Source: Candidatus Limnocylindrales bacterium | GTDB lineage: Bacteria > Acidobacteriota > Terriglobia > Acidiferrales > UBA7541 | Reading direction: 5' to 3' | NCBI GenBank assembly: GCA_035623175.1 | Contig: DASPTY010000214.1 | Location: forward strand, 28,908-92,907 | DNA: 64,000 nucleotides | Shown: positions 38,637-48,267 of the stretch, in pieces | Layout: each line of letters opens with the position of its first letter | How positions within the stretch are numbered: the first letter of the stretch is position 1 | Program-made: the position numbers and the translations under genes | The notes under the pieces: generated by a model | What the model saw: only the letters and a program-made list of their open reading frames with translations | Database searches by the model: none | Told to the model about the DNA's origin: nothing

Positions 38637-40217
38637 TTAGCGCGATGCCAGCCTTTCTGTGGAATTGTCCGCAGGGCGATTGCTTGCAAGCCGCGGCGTG
38701 CCCGGAACCGCAACCTCATGCATCACATTTCGGTTCATTTGTTCGATGACGGTTTTGCAAGGCGCTGCGAAACGCTGCGTAAAGAACGGCGAGCCGATTC
38801 CCATCCACAAGATCACCACCGCGATTGTCGCCAAAATCCACTTTTCCCGTACTGAAGCGTCTGCGAGTTCACGGTTTTTCTGCTGCGTCACCTCGCCGAA
38901 AAACACTCTCTGGTACGACCAGAGCAGATAGCAGGCCGACAAGATCACGCCTATGGCCGCCCAAGCAGCCCAATTCCAATGGACCTGATATGTGCCGAGG
39001 AGGATCAAGTACTCGCCCACGAACCCGTTCAGCATCGGCAGGCCCAGCGACGAAAGCACAACGAATAGGAAGAACGCCGCCAGTTTCGGCATTGGAGTTG
39101 ACAGCCCACCATAGTCGCTGATCTCAAACGTGTGGCGGCGGTCGTACAACATGCCCACGAGCAAAAAGAGTCCGCCCGTAGAAATTCCATGCGCCAGCAT
39201 CTGGAAGACCGCGCCCTGCATGGAAATGTTCTGGAACGCAAAAATGCCAAGCACCACGAATCCCAGATGGCTTACGGAAGAGTACGCCACCAGTTTTTTC
39301 AAATTGGGTTGCACCATCGCAACCAGCGCGCCGTAGATGATGCCGATGATGGCCAGCACTGCGACATACGGCGCCGCGCGCCGCGATGCATCTGGGAATA
39401 GCGGCAGGCAGAAGCGGATCATGCCGTACGTCCCCATCTTCAGCAGCACGCCCGCCAGGATCACGGAACCGGCTGTGGGCGCTTCCACGTGGGCATCTGG
39501 CAACCATGTGTGCAGCGGGAACAGCGGCACCTTGATCGCAAACGCAAGGAAAAACGCCAGGAACAGGATCATCTCCGTCCGCTCCGGCAGCACCAGCGCA
39601 CCGTCGTGCAGCAACTTCTGAATGATTGGGAGATCGAATGTGCCAGTGGCGTTATACAACCAGATGATTCCGACAAGCATCAGGATCGAGCCGGCCATGG
39701 TGTAGAGCACGAACTTTACGGCGGCATAGATGCGGCGCTCGTGACCCCATATCCCGATGAGGAATGCCATCGGGATCAGCATGATTTCCCAGAACAGGAA
39801 GAACAGGAACAGATCGAGCGAAAGGAACACTCCCACCACGCCCACTTCCAGCAGAAGCAGCATCACGTGGAATTCCTTGATGCGGTGATGCACGCCGTGC
39901 CACGACGCCAACACACAGATCGGCGTAAGGAACGTGGTCAACATCACCAAGAAAAGGCTGATGCCATCCACGCCCAGGTGGTAGTTGATCGGCGGCGAGG
40001 ATATCCAATGGCCAAATTCCTCGAGTGAGTAACCGGCTTGCCCGATGGGTACTGCCCGCAGCAGTAACAACGAAAACAGGAACTCGACAGTGGAAACCAC
40101 GAACGACAAGCGGCGAATCCACAACTCGTCGTCGCTACGCAAGAACAAAAGTGCGAGCGCTCCGAACGCAGGGAAGAAGATCACAACGGTGAGGAGGTGT
40201 CCGCTAAAAGCGATCAT
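38637..40217 (-). CDS. nuoM: Complex I subunit M (operon 2)
   Basis: FWEIMLIPM, KVPLFPLHTWLPDAHVEAPT, LLKMGTYG; start MIAFSG at 40217 (TAATG overlap). Confidence 0.97.
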   Translation of the reverse strand: MIAFSGHLLTVVIFFPAFGALALLFLRSDDELWIRRLSFVVSTVEFLFSLLLLRAVPIGQAGYSLEEFGHWISSPPINYHLGVDGISLFLVMLTTFLTPICVLASWHGVHHRIKEFHVMLLLLEVGVVGVFLSLDLFLFFLFWEIMLIPMAFLIGIWGHERRIYAAVKFVLYTMAGSILMLVGIIWLYNATGTFDLPIIQKLLHDGALVLPERTEMILFLAFFLAFAIKVPLFPLHTWLPDAHVEAPTAGSVILAGVLLKMGTYGMIRFCLPLFPDASRRAAPYVAVLAIIGIIYGALVAMVQPNLKKLVAYSSVSHLGFVVLGIFAFQNISMQGAVFQMLAHGISTGGLFLLVGMLYDRRHTFEISDYGGLSTPMPKLAAFFLFVVLSSLGLPMLNGFVGEYLILLGTYQVHWNWAAWAAIGVILSACYLLWSYQRVFFGEVTQQKNRELADASVREKWILATIAVVILWMGIGSPFFTQRFAAPCKTVIEQMNRNVMHEVAVPGTPRLASNRPADNSTERLASR

Positions 40218-42187
40218 TAGCGCACCCCCCCAACCAACACCGGATGAAGAATCGGCCAAAAGATGATCGCAAGGACCACAATCGCCCCGACCAGGACCCA
40301 CACTGCATAACTTCGCGTATTGCCGGACTGTGTGTGCCGGACGGTGTCGCCGACGGCAGTTGCTCCGCTGGCGATGCCGTTCACGGTGCCGTCGATCACG
40401 CCAACATCCACAACCTTCCAGAAAAGGTTCCGCGAAAGCCACATCAGCGGCCCAATCACAACGGTCTGATAGAGCTCGTCAACGTAGTATTTGTTGTAGA
40501 GGACCTTGTATGCGCCGGCGAGCGCAGGGCGCTTCGCGCCTTTGGTGTACATCCGCCAGGCAACAATCAATCCAACAAGCGCCGCCGCAACCGCCACCCC
40601 TGACAGAATCATCTCGAGAGAGTGCGCTTCGGCGCCTTCCACCTTTTCGCCCCCAAACACCGGCGCCATGAACTCCGCGAAGTAATTCCGGCCGCCCCAG
40701 AGTGCGGGAGCGGCGACCCATCCGCCAACCAGCGAAAGCAACGCCAAAATCATCAGCGGCACGGTCATGTTCTTTGGCGATTCGTGCACATGGACCTTGC
40801 GCTCGTCATACCGCGGCTGGGTGCCGAATGTCAGCCAGATTAGCCGGAACATGTAAAACGAAGTGAAAATTGCGGCGAGAAGCCCGACGCCGTACAACAC
40901 TTTTCCGTTGAATTGGTAATTGAAAGCCGCGAAGAGAATCGCGTCCTTCGAAAAGAATCCCGCAAACGGAATGAACCCTGCAATGGCGATCGTTCCCGTC
41001 AGCATGCACCAGAACGTGACCTTGATCTTGGAAGCCAGCCCGCCCATTCCCCACATGTCCTGCTCGCCGCCGATCGCATGGATCACGCTGCCGGCCGAAA
41101 GGAAAAGGAGCGCCTTGAAGAAGGAGTGTGTCATCAAATGGAAAATGCCTGCGCCGAACGCGCCGACGCCGCAGGCAAGGAACATGTAGCCCAGTTGGCT
41201 GACCGTGGAATACGCGAGAACACGTTTGATGTCCGATTGCACCAAGCCAATGGTTGCGGCAAAAAACGCTGTTGCGCATCCCACAATTGCCACGACGGAC
41301 ATCGCGGTGAGCGAATGGGTGAAGAGCACGTTGGAGCGTGCGACTACATACACGCCAGCGGTCACCATCGTCGCCGCGTGGATCAAAGCGCTGACGGGTG
41401 TTGGGCCCTCCATCGCGTCCGGCAGCCAGACGTACAGCGGAATCTGCGCGGACTTACCTGTGGCGCCCATGAAGAGCAGAAGGCAAGTCACCGTCATGAT
41501 TCCAAACGTTCCGATGGGCTCGACCCCAACGTTTCCGTTCGTGACCGTATCGAATATGGTCTGGAAGTCGAGAGAGTGATACGAACGGAAGAGCAGAAAC
41601 ATTCCCAACATGAAGCCGAAGTCGCCGATGCGGTTCACGATGAAGGCTTTCTTGCCCGCGTCGGATGCCGATTGCCTCAGGAAATAGAAGCCGATGAGCA
41701 AGTAGCTGCAGAGACCGACGCCCTCCCAGCCGACGAAGAGAAAAGCAAAATTCGCGGCCAGAACCAGAATCAGCATGAAGAACATGAACAGATTCAGGTA
41801 GGAGAAGAAGCGGTAGTAGCCGCCCTCATGCGCCATGTATCCCGTGGAGTAAATGTGAATCAGGAAGCCGACGCCCGTCACCACCAGCACCATGACCACC
41901 GTAAGCTGGTCGAACTGCAGGTCAAAGCCCGCGCGGAAATTCCCGGCTACAATCCAATCGAAAAAGGGCTTCACAAAGGCATGGTGACGCGTTTCGTAAT
42001 AGCCGTGGAATTCGCGTACCGCTTCCAGCGCGCAAGCGAAGGAAAGCCCCGTAGAACCGAGCGCGATAATGTTGACAATTTTGTTCGGCCATTTTGAACC
42101 GAGAAGGCCATTGATCGCCGAGCCCAGTAGCGGCAGGAGCGGAATAATCCACAGGTAGTCGAGTATCGGATGCGCAGGTGTCGGCAT
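40217..42187 (-). CDS. nuoL: Complex I subunit L (operon 2), normal-length HL
   Basis: WEGVGLCSY, KSAQIPLYVWLPDAMEGPTPVSALIHAATMV; 656 aa. Confidence 0.97.
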   Translation of the reverse strand: MPTPAHPILDYLWIIPLLPLLGSAINGLLGSKWPNKIVNIIALGSTGLSFACALEAVREFHGYYETRHHAFVKPFFDWIVAGNFRAGFDLQFDQLTVVMVLVVTGVGFLIHIYSTGYMAHEGGYYRFFSYLNLFMFFMLILVLAANFAFLFVGWEGVGLCSYLLIGFYFLRQSASDAGKKAFIVNRIGDFGFMLGMFLLFRSYHSLDFQTIFDTVTNGNVGVEPIGTFGIMTVTCLLLFMGATGKSAQIPLYVWLPDAMEGPTPVSALIHAATMVTAGVYVVARSNVLFTHSLTAMSVVAIVGCATAFFAATIGLVQSDIKRVLAYSTVSQLGYMFLACGVGAFGAGIFHLMTHSFFKALLFLSAGSVIHAIGGEQDMWGMGGLASKIKVTFWCMLTGTIAIAGFIPFAGFFSKDAILFAAFNYQFNGKVLYGVGLLAAIFTSFYMFRLIWLTFGTQPRYDERKVHVHESPKNMTVPLMILALLSLVGGWVAAPALWGGRNYFAEFMAPVFGGEKVEGAEAHSLEMILSGVAVAAALVGLIVAWRMYTKGAKRPALAGAYKVLYNKYYVDELYQTVVIGPLMWLSRNLFWKVVDVGVIDGTVNGIASGATAVGDTVRHTQSGNTRSYAVWVLVGAIVVLAIIFWPILHPVLVGGVR

Positions 42188-42489
42188 TAGAGTTTGAGTA
42201 GATCCACGCGCTCAACGTTGAGCGAACGACGGTTGCGCGACGTAAGAATGATGATGCCCAGACCCACGGCCGCTTCCGCAGCCGCCACCACAATCACAAA
42301 CAAGACAAAGACTTCACCATCCGCCTTGTGAAGCGCTTGACTGAATGCCACGAACGCCAAATTTACCGCGTTCAGCATCAACTCGATGGACATGAACAGC
42401 GTGATGATGTTTCGTTTGAAAACGAAGCCCACGATTCCCAGCCCGAAGAGAATCGCACTCAATAACAGGTAATGGCCTGTTGGGATCAT
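42187..42489 (-). CDS. nuoK: Complex I subunit K (operon 2)
   Basis: KRNII.LFMSIELMLNAVNL, AAAEAAVGL. Confidence 0.96.
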   Translation of the reverse strand: MIPTGHYLLLSAILFGLGIVGFVFKRNIITLFMSIELMLNAVNLAFVAFSQALHKADGEVFVLFVIVVAAAEAAVGLGIIILTSRNRRSLNVERVDLLKL

Positions 42490-42491
42490 GG

Positions 42492-42992
42492 TCAGCTCTC
42501 CCGCTGGGCCAGCACAATCGCGCCCAGAATCGCTACGAGGATCAGGAAAGAAGTCAGCTCAAACGGATAAACAAATTCGTTAAACAACAACAAGGAGAGT
42601 GTCTTTGTGGAGGTGAGAGCCCCGCTCGGCTCCGCCGCGGGCAAAGAACCGCTCGACCAGGCAATGGCAGCCGCGATGAAGCCGGTCGTGGCCACGGCCA
42701 GCGGAATCCCGGCGTAGGTCGCGAGCTTGGAAAAATTCGTGCGCTCTTCTTTGCCCGCGTTCAGGAGCATAATCACAAAAACAAAAAGGACCATAATCGC
42801 GCCGCCATAGACGATGATCTGCACCGCAGCGACAAATTCCGCCCCCATCAGGAGATAGAGCCCTGCGAGCGCAACCATCACCACAATCAACGAAAGCGCG
42901 CTATGGATCGGCTCGCGCTGCAAGATCAGGCTGATAGCTCCCAGCACCGCCAGCGCGGCAAGCACGAAAAAGATGATCAATGGCGCAGTCAT
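42492..42992 (-). CDS. nuoJ: Complex I subunit J (operon 2)
   Basis: PIHSAL, AEFVAAVQIIVYGGAIMVLF, YPFELTS; ATG overlaps the nuoH stop. Confidence 0.95.
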   Translation of the reverse strand: MTAPLIIFFVLAALAVLGAISLILQREPIHSALSLIVVMVALAGLYLLMGAEFVAAVQIIVYGGAIMVLFVFVIMLLNAGKEERTNFSKLATYAGIPLAVATTGFIAAAIAWSSGSLPAAEPSGALTSTKTLSLLLFNEFVYPFELTSFLILVAILGAIVLAQRES

Positions 42993-44203
42993 CAGAGCTT
43001 TCCCCAAATCAAAATGGCGACGGCCGTGAGGACAACATTAGCAATGGAGACCGGAAGCAGGAATTTCCAGCCGAAACTCATAAGCTGGTCGTATCGGAAC
43101 CGAGGTAAAGTGCCGCGCATCCAGATATAAACGAACAGGAAGGTAAACACTTTTGCGAGGAACCAGAATGGGCCTTGCACAATGTCATTGACCGTTGGCA
43201 ATACGATTAGTGTGGCACCAAGGGCCGCGAGACCGATGCCCACTATTGGCAACAGGATTCGCCCGAACAGATTTTCGTAACGCATACCGTCAAAAATGAC
43301 CCACAACCCGAACGGAATCAGCAGGACGGACGGCAAATAATGCGTGAAAGTCCAGGAAACCGGGAAGGGCGAAAGCCAACCCCCGAAGAAAAGCACTGTT
43401 GCGAGGCATGAGACTGTAATCATGCTGGTGTACTCAGCGATGAAGAACATTGCGAACTTCATGCTGGCATATTCGGTGTGGAATCCAGCGACAAGCTCGG
43501 ATTCCGCTTCCGGCAGGTCGAACGGTACACGGTTAGTCTCTGCAATCGCCGCGATATAGAAGCACAAGAAGCCGACAATCTGCGGAAAAATATGCCAACT
43601 CACTAAGCCGCGTCCGGTACCTGCCTGATGCTCCACAATCTTCCGCAGGCTGAAATCGCCGGCAATCAGCAACACACCGACCACCGAAAGCGTCAGCGCC
43701 AACTCGTAGCTGATCATTTGCGCGGAGCTACGCAAGCCGCCAAGCAGCGAATACTTGCTGTTGGAAGCCCAGCCCGCAAGCGCAATTCCATAAACGCCCA
43801 ACGCGGTAATCGCGAATAACACGAGCAAGCTGATATTCACATCCGCGATGCCGACATGCGTCTCATAGCCAAACACCTTGAAACGCTGGGGCCCAAACGG
43901 GATGACCGCGAGCGAAGTGAGCGCCAGCATCAGCGTAAGGAAAGGCGCGAGGAAGTACGCCACCTTATCCACGTTGGCGGGGAGTGGATCTTCCTTAAAG
44001 ATGAACTTCACGCCATCGGCCAGCGGCTGCAGCAAGCCGTGCGGGCCAACGCGGTGCGGTCCCCAGCGAGCCTGAATGTGTGCGATGAGCTTACGCTCGA
44101 TCCAGGTGAGATAGGCGTCCACCGTCAAGACGATCAGCACTAGAATGGCGATCTTGATGAGCGGAACGATGATAAACGCGTATTGAGTCAGGAATTCGTT
44201 CAC
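42992..44203 (-). CDS. nuoH: Complex I subunit H (operon 2), 403 aa
   Basis: ERK..IQARWGP, QPLADG.K, AETNRVPFDLPEAESELVAG, TLPRFRYDQLM. Confidence 0.96.
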   Translation of the reverse strand: MNEFLTQYAFIIVPLIKIAILVLIVLTVDAYLTWIERKLIAHIQARWGPHRVGPHGLLQPLADGVKFIFKEDPLPANVDKVAYFLAPFLTLMLALTSLAVIPFGPQRFKVFGYETHVGIADVNISLLVLFAITALGVYGIALAGWASNSKYSLLGGLRSSAQMISYELALTLSVVGVLLIAGDFSLRKIVEHQAGTGRGLVSWHIFPQIVGFLCFYIAAIAETNRVPFDLPEAESELVAGFHTEYASMKFAMFFIAEYTSMITVSCLATVLFFGGWLSPFPVSWTFTHYLPSVLLIPFGLWVIFDGMRYENLFGRILLPIVGIGLAALGATLIVLPTVNDIVQGPFWFLAKVFTFLFVYIWMRGTLPRFRYDQLMSFGWKFLLPVSIANVVLTAVAILIWGKL

Positions 44204-46440
44204 GGCTCCGCCTCAGCCTCCGGCAAGGATTGCATCATCGTGCAGAAGCGGCCAAGCGTGCCGCTCGTGAAAAGGTTATTGTTGGCGGAGCGAATCAGTT
44301 GCAAAGGCACGTCATAAGGCGCGTGGCTATTCTTCGCGGACTCCAGTTTGGTTGGTTCGGCGCCGCCCGTCAACAGTCCCGCGGGCTGAACGTTGTAGCC
44401 CGGCACAACCTTGCGAATTTCCTCAAACACCGCCGCGGGGTTCTTGTAATGGAAGGCATTGCCGAGGCCCAGTTTTTCCAACTGGTGCGAAAGAATACGC
44501 AGCAGATCAAAGTCCGCGCGGGTGCCCATGACGTCGGCAGCATTGTGCAGCAACTGAATCTCGCCGGAAGTATTCGTGACGCTGCCTTCTTTTTCGTAAG
44601 CCGAGGAAGCAGGGAATACGATGTCCGCCTGCAGCGCGGTTTCGGTCAGAAACATTTCGTGGACAATCAGCAATTGCAATTTGCCCCGGCCGAAACCCGG
44701 CGTGCCGTAGTGCGCCAGTGGATTTGCGCCGACCACATAGAGCGCAGCAAGCTTGCCTGCTTGAGCCGCCTCCACCATTTCCGGTGCCGCGAGCCCAGGC
44801 TTTGCTGGCGGTTTCGCTCCCCAGTGTTTCTCGAGATTCGCCGCGACAGTGCGATCATCCAAATGTACGTAGCCGGGCAAATGATCGGGGAGCAAACCCA
44901 TGTCCGCCGCGCCACGCGAGTTCGCGTAATCGCCCAGCGCCATGTACCGAACTCTGCCTTGCAGGTGCGAGCCGAAGGCAACGAGATGTCCGATTGCGGA
45001 GCCGCTAATCGATGACCCAAAGACGATCGCGACTTCCGGCTCTACCTCGAGCGCAGCCCTCAGCGCTTCGAGTTGTGCCAGCAGATTCTCTGTGAAGTGA
45101 CCTTCTCCGGTGCCAAGCCAGCGAGCGACAGTTGCTTCCGGCGCTGGACCGAGAGCGATGGACTGCGTGGCCTTGCGCGAGAGCTTTGTTTCGCTCGCAT
45201 TGACCAAAAACAGCTTTGTGCCGTTATGGCGAATGCCGGCGCGAATCTGCCAAGCCACGAGCGGGTTCTGGTTGGCCGCGTCGTTTCCAATTAGAAGCAC
45301 GGCCCTGGACTGGTAAAGCTGGTCCATGGTGAGCATCGAGTCCGCGGCTCGATCGCCGAGCGTCTTGACCAATCCTGGGTAATCTGCCGTCCGGTGATGA
45401 TCGATGTTGTTGGTGCCGAACGTGGCGCGCGCCAACCGCTGCAGAAGATAGTTCTCCTCGTTCGAGGTGCGATTCGAACCGATGAAGCCGATCCCTTCCG
45501 GCCCATACGCGGTGTGAAGCTCTTTCAGTCGGGCTGCAGCAGCTTGCGCGGCCTGTTCCCAGGAAACTGGGTAGAGTTTTTCGCCCTTACGTAGGAGCGG
45601 CTGCTTGATTCGTTCCGGGTGCTTAACGAAATCGAAACCGAAACGCCCTTTCACGCACAGAAATTCCTTGTTGATTCCGGAGAGGTCGCGGTTATTGGCA
45701 CGCAGGATTTCATGATTCCGGACGCTGAGCGTGGTCTTGCAGCCGTTCGAGCAATGTGTGCAAATCGTGGAGACATACTCCATCTCCCACGGCCGCGTCT
45801 TGTAGCGGTACGCGCCGCTGGTCAAGGCGCCCACGGGACAAATATCAATGCACATGCCGCATTCTTCGCAATCGAGATGATCGCCGCCATTGGGAATGAT
45901 TATGGAGTTCGCACCACGCATTCCGACCCCGAGCGCCTTGACGTCCATGCCTTCGTCGCAAACGCGCACACAACGAAAGCAAAGAATGCAGCGCGGCGCG
46001 TCGTAATAGACGAGGTCCGACCACTTTTCCTCAGGGCGATGGAGTTTTTCTTCGACGAAGCGGCTGGTGTCCGCGCCGTAGCGAAAGGTCATGTCCTGAA
46101 GTTCGCACTCGCCGCCTTTATCACAAACGGGGCAATCGAGCGGGTGATTCGTCAGGAGAAATTCCAGCATGAACTTACGGGCGTTGCGCACCTGCTCGGT
46201 GTTGGTGCGGACTACCATCCCTTCTGTTGCCACTAAAGTGCATGCGGTTTGCAGCTTTGGCGCTTTCTCGACCTCGACCAAACACATGCGGCACGCCGCC
46301 TGCAAGGAAAGCCCCGGATAGTAACAGAACGAAGGAACTTCGATCCCCAGCCGCCGCGTCGCTTCGATGACAAGCGTGCCGGCGGGCACCTGGACCTCGC
46401 GATCATCAATTTTGAACTTAATCAATTTCGTTTCTGCCAT
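44200..46440 (-). CDS. nuoG: Complex I subunit G
   Basis: PSFCY..ACRMC..C (N1b), HPLDCPVCDKGGEC (N5), CILCFRC..CPVGAL, CTHCSNGC..C (N7-type). Confidence 0.96.
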   Translation of the reverse strand: MAETKLIKFKIDDREVQVPAGTLVIEATRRLGIEVPSFCYYPGLSLQAACRMCLVEVEKAPKLQTACTLVATEGMVVRTNTEQVRNARKFMLEFLLTNHPLDCPVCDKGGECELQDMTFRYGADTSRFVEEKLHRPEEKWSDLVYYDAPRCILCFRCVRVCDEGMDVKALGVGMRGANSIIIPNGGDHLDCEECGMCIDICPVGALTSGAYRYKTRPWEMEYVSTICTHCSNGCKTTLSVRNHEILRANNRDLSGINKEFLCVKGRFGFDFVKHPERIKQPLLRKGEKLYPVSWEQAAQAAAARLKELHTAYGPEGIGFIGSNRTSNEENYLLQRLARATFGTNNIDHHRTADYPGLVKTLGDRAADSMLTMDQLYQSRAVLLIGNDAANQNPLVAWQIRAGIRHNGTKLFLVNASETKLSRKATQSIALGPAPEATVARWLGTGEGHFTENLLAQLEALRAALEVEPEVAIVFGSSISGSAIGHLVAFGSHLQGRVRYMALGDYANSRGAADMGLLPDHLPGYVHLDDRTVAANLEKHWGAKPPAKPGLAAPEMVEAAQAGKLAALYVVGANPLAHYGTPGFGRGKLQLLIVHEMFLTETALQADIVFPASSAYEKEGSVTNTSGEIQLLHNAADVMGTRADFDLLRILSHQLEKLGLGNAFHYKNPAAVFEEIRKVVPGYNVQPAGLLTGGAEPTKLESAKNSHAPYDVPLQLIRSANNNLFTSGTLGRFCTMMQSLPEAEAEP

Positions 46441-46446
46441 GGGTCC

Positions 46447-48261
46447 TTACCGCAAACCAACCAGGGCTTCGGCGGATTTATACGCGCACTTGCCCTGCAA
46501 GTGATCCTCAAACTCGTTCCGGAATTTCGCAACGATGCTGATCGTCGGCATCGCCGCCGCATCGCCGAGTGGGCAGAACGTGCGCCCCAACATGTTCTTA
46601 GCGAGTTCCCCGACCATGTCGATGTCTTGGGGACGTCCCAGTCCGGCGTGGAAGCGGTCCAGAATCTTGCGCAGCCACGCGGTTCCTTCTCGGCAGGGGA
46701 TGCACCAGCCACACGATTCATGAGCGTAGAAGTGCATGATGCGGCGCGCCATGTCGACCATGCAGGTGTCTTCGTCGATCACCACCATGCCCCCGGAGCC
46801 CAGCATGGATCCTGCCTTGGCGATGGTGTCGTAATCCATCGCGACATCAGTCTCGTCTGCCCTGAAGACCGGACAGGAACTCCCGCCGGGAATCACCGCT
46901 TTCAGTTTCTTGCCGCCTCGAATGCCGCCTGCAACTTCCTCGATGAACTTCTTCATGTTCATACCGAGAGGAATCTCGTAAATTCCCGGCTTGTTGACGT
47001 GGCCGGAAACGCAGAGCAGGCGTGTGCCGCCGTTTCTCGGCGTACCGCGGTTGGCGTAGGCTTCGCCACCTTCGAGAATGATGGAAGGGACAGCGCTCAG
47101 CGTTTCGACGTTGTTGATGATCGTGGGGCAGCCGTACAAGCCAACTACCGCGGGGAAGGGGGGCTTGATGCGCGGGTTGCCGCGCTTGCCTTCCAATGAT
47201 TCCATCAGCGCGGATTCTTCACCGCATTCGTAAGCGCCCGCGCCCGTGTGGATTAACAAATCAAAATCGAAGCCGGACCCGAGAATGTTCTGCCCGAGAT
47301 ACCCACGTGAATATGCTTCTGCAATCGCCGCGTCGACAATGTCCAGGACGTAGCGATATTCGCCGCGAATGTAAATGAACCCACGATGCGCGTTGATGGC
47401 GCGTCCGGCAATGACGATGCCCTCAATCAACTGGTGAGGATCCATCTCCATCAGCGGGCGGTCCTTGCAGGTGCCCGGTTCCGACTCGTCGGCATTGCAG
47501 ATGACGTATTTGGGTTTCGGCGAATCCTTGGGCACGAACGACCACTTCATCCCGGCAGGGAATCCCGCGCCGCCACGCCCGCGAAGATTGGATTTCTTCA
47601 CCTCGTCAATGATCTGGTCCGGCGTCATATCCTTGAGGGCTTTTTCGAGGGCCTGGTAAGCGCCAAGCTGCAGGGCAACGTCAATCTTGTGGGAATCCTT
47701 GATCCCCCACCGCTTGCTGATGAGAGGAGTTTCGAGCTTATTGCGCTCATGAAGGGCGCCGGTAATGACAGGCACCGGTTCGGGCCGCTTTCCCTTATCC
47801 AGGTCTTCGATGATGCGATCCAGGATGCGTGTGTTCACGTTTTCGTAAAAGTCGTAGTTCACCTGTATTGCAGGGGCACCGGTGCAAGCGCCAATACATT
47901 CCACTTCTTCCAGGGAAAACATCCCGTCCTGTGTGGTTTCCTTGTTTCCAACCTCCAAGCGTTTCTTGGCATGCTCCAGCAGCTCGTTTCCGCCACGCAA
48001 CATACACGCCACGTTCGTACATATCTGCACGTGGTGCCTGCCCATGGGTTTGCGCCGCAGCATCGAGTAAAACGCAAGAGTTTCTTCGACCGCCACGGTC
48101 CTCAGATCCAGCCGCCGCGCGATCTCTTCGATCATCTCGTCCGTCAGATGACCGTATTCGTCTTGCGCATACATCATCATCGGGATGAGAGCGCTTCGCT
48201 TGAGCGGATAGCGGTTTTGCAACTGCTCGAATTTCGCGGCGAGCTTCAGCGAGAGTTCCAT
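46447..48261 (-). CDS. nuoF: Fused complex I subunits E and F (NuoE-NuoF)
   Basis: N-terminal NuoE (CTNVAC..ECIGAC) continuous with NuoF (LRGRGGAGF, NADESEPG, GAGAYECGEE, ESCGWCIPC..CPLG) in one 604-aa ORF. Confidence 0.93.
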   Translation of the reverse strand: MELSLKLAAKFEQLQNRYPLKRSALIPMMMYAQDEYGHLTDEMIEEIARRLDLRTVAVEETLAFYSMLRRKPMGRHHVQICTNVACMLRGGNELLEHAKKRLEVGNKETTQDGMFSLEEVECIGACTGAPAIQVNYDFYENVNTRILDRIIEDLDKGKRPEPVPVITGALHERNKLETPLISKRWGIKDSHKIDVALQLGAYQALEKALKDMTPDQIIDEVKKSNLRGRGGAGFPAGMKWSFVPKDSPKPKYVICNADESEPGTCKDRPLMEMDPHQLIEGIVIAGRAINAHRGFIYIRGEYRYVLDIVDAAIAEAYSRGYLGQNILGSGFDFDLLIHTGAGAYECGEESALMESLEGKRGNPRIKPPFPAVVGLYGCPTIINNVETLSAVPSIILEGGEAYANRGTPRNGGTRLLCVSGHVNKPGIYEIPLGMNMKKFIEEVAGGIRGGKKLKAVIPGGSSCPVFRADETDVAMDYDTIAKAGSMLGSGGMVVIDEDTCMVDMARRIMHFYAHESCGWCIPCREGTAWLRKILDRFHAGLGRPQDIDMVGELAKNMLGRTFCPLGDAAAMPTISIVAKFRNEFEDHLQGKCAYKSAEALVGLR

Positions 48262-48267
48262 AGGCCC

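Noticed and set aside
38637-40442. Long N-terminal extensions in ORF-track calls (nuoM2, nuoJ1, proC, acylase, hemolysin, atpE, bshA, tmk)
   Set aside because: They overlap neighbours or promoters; downstream starts fit family N-termini and SD or stop-start overlaps better
42141-43975. DnaA-box-like 9-mers (TAATCCACA near 42145, TTATCCACG near 43965) as oriC
   Set aside because: Isolated 8/9 matches inside coding sequence with no AT-rich unwinding region
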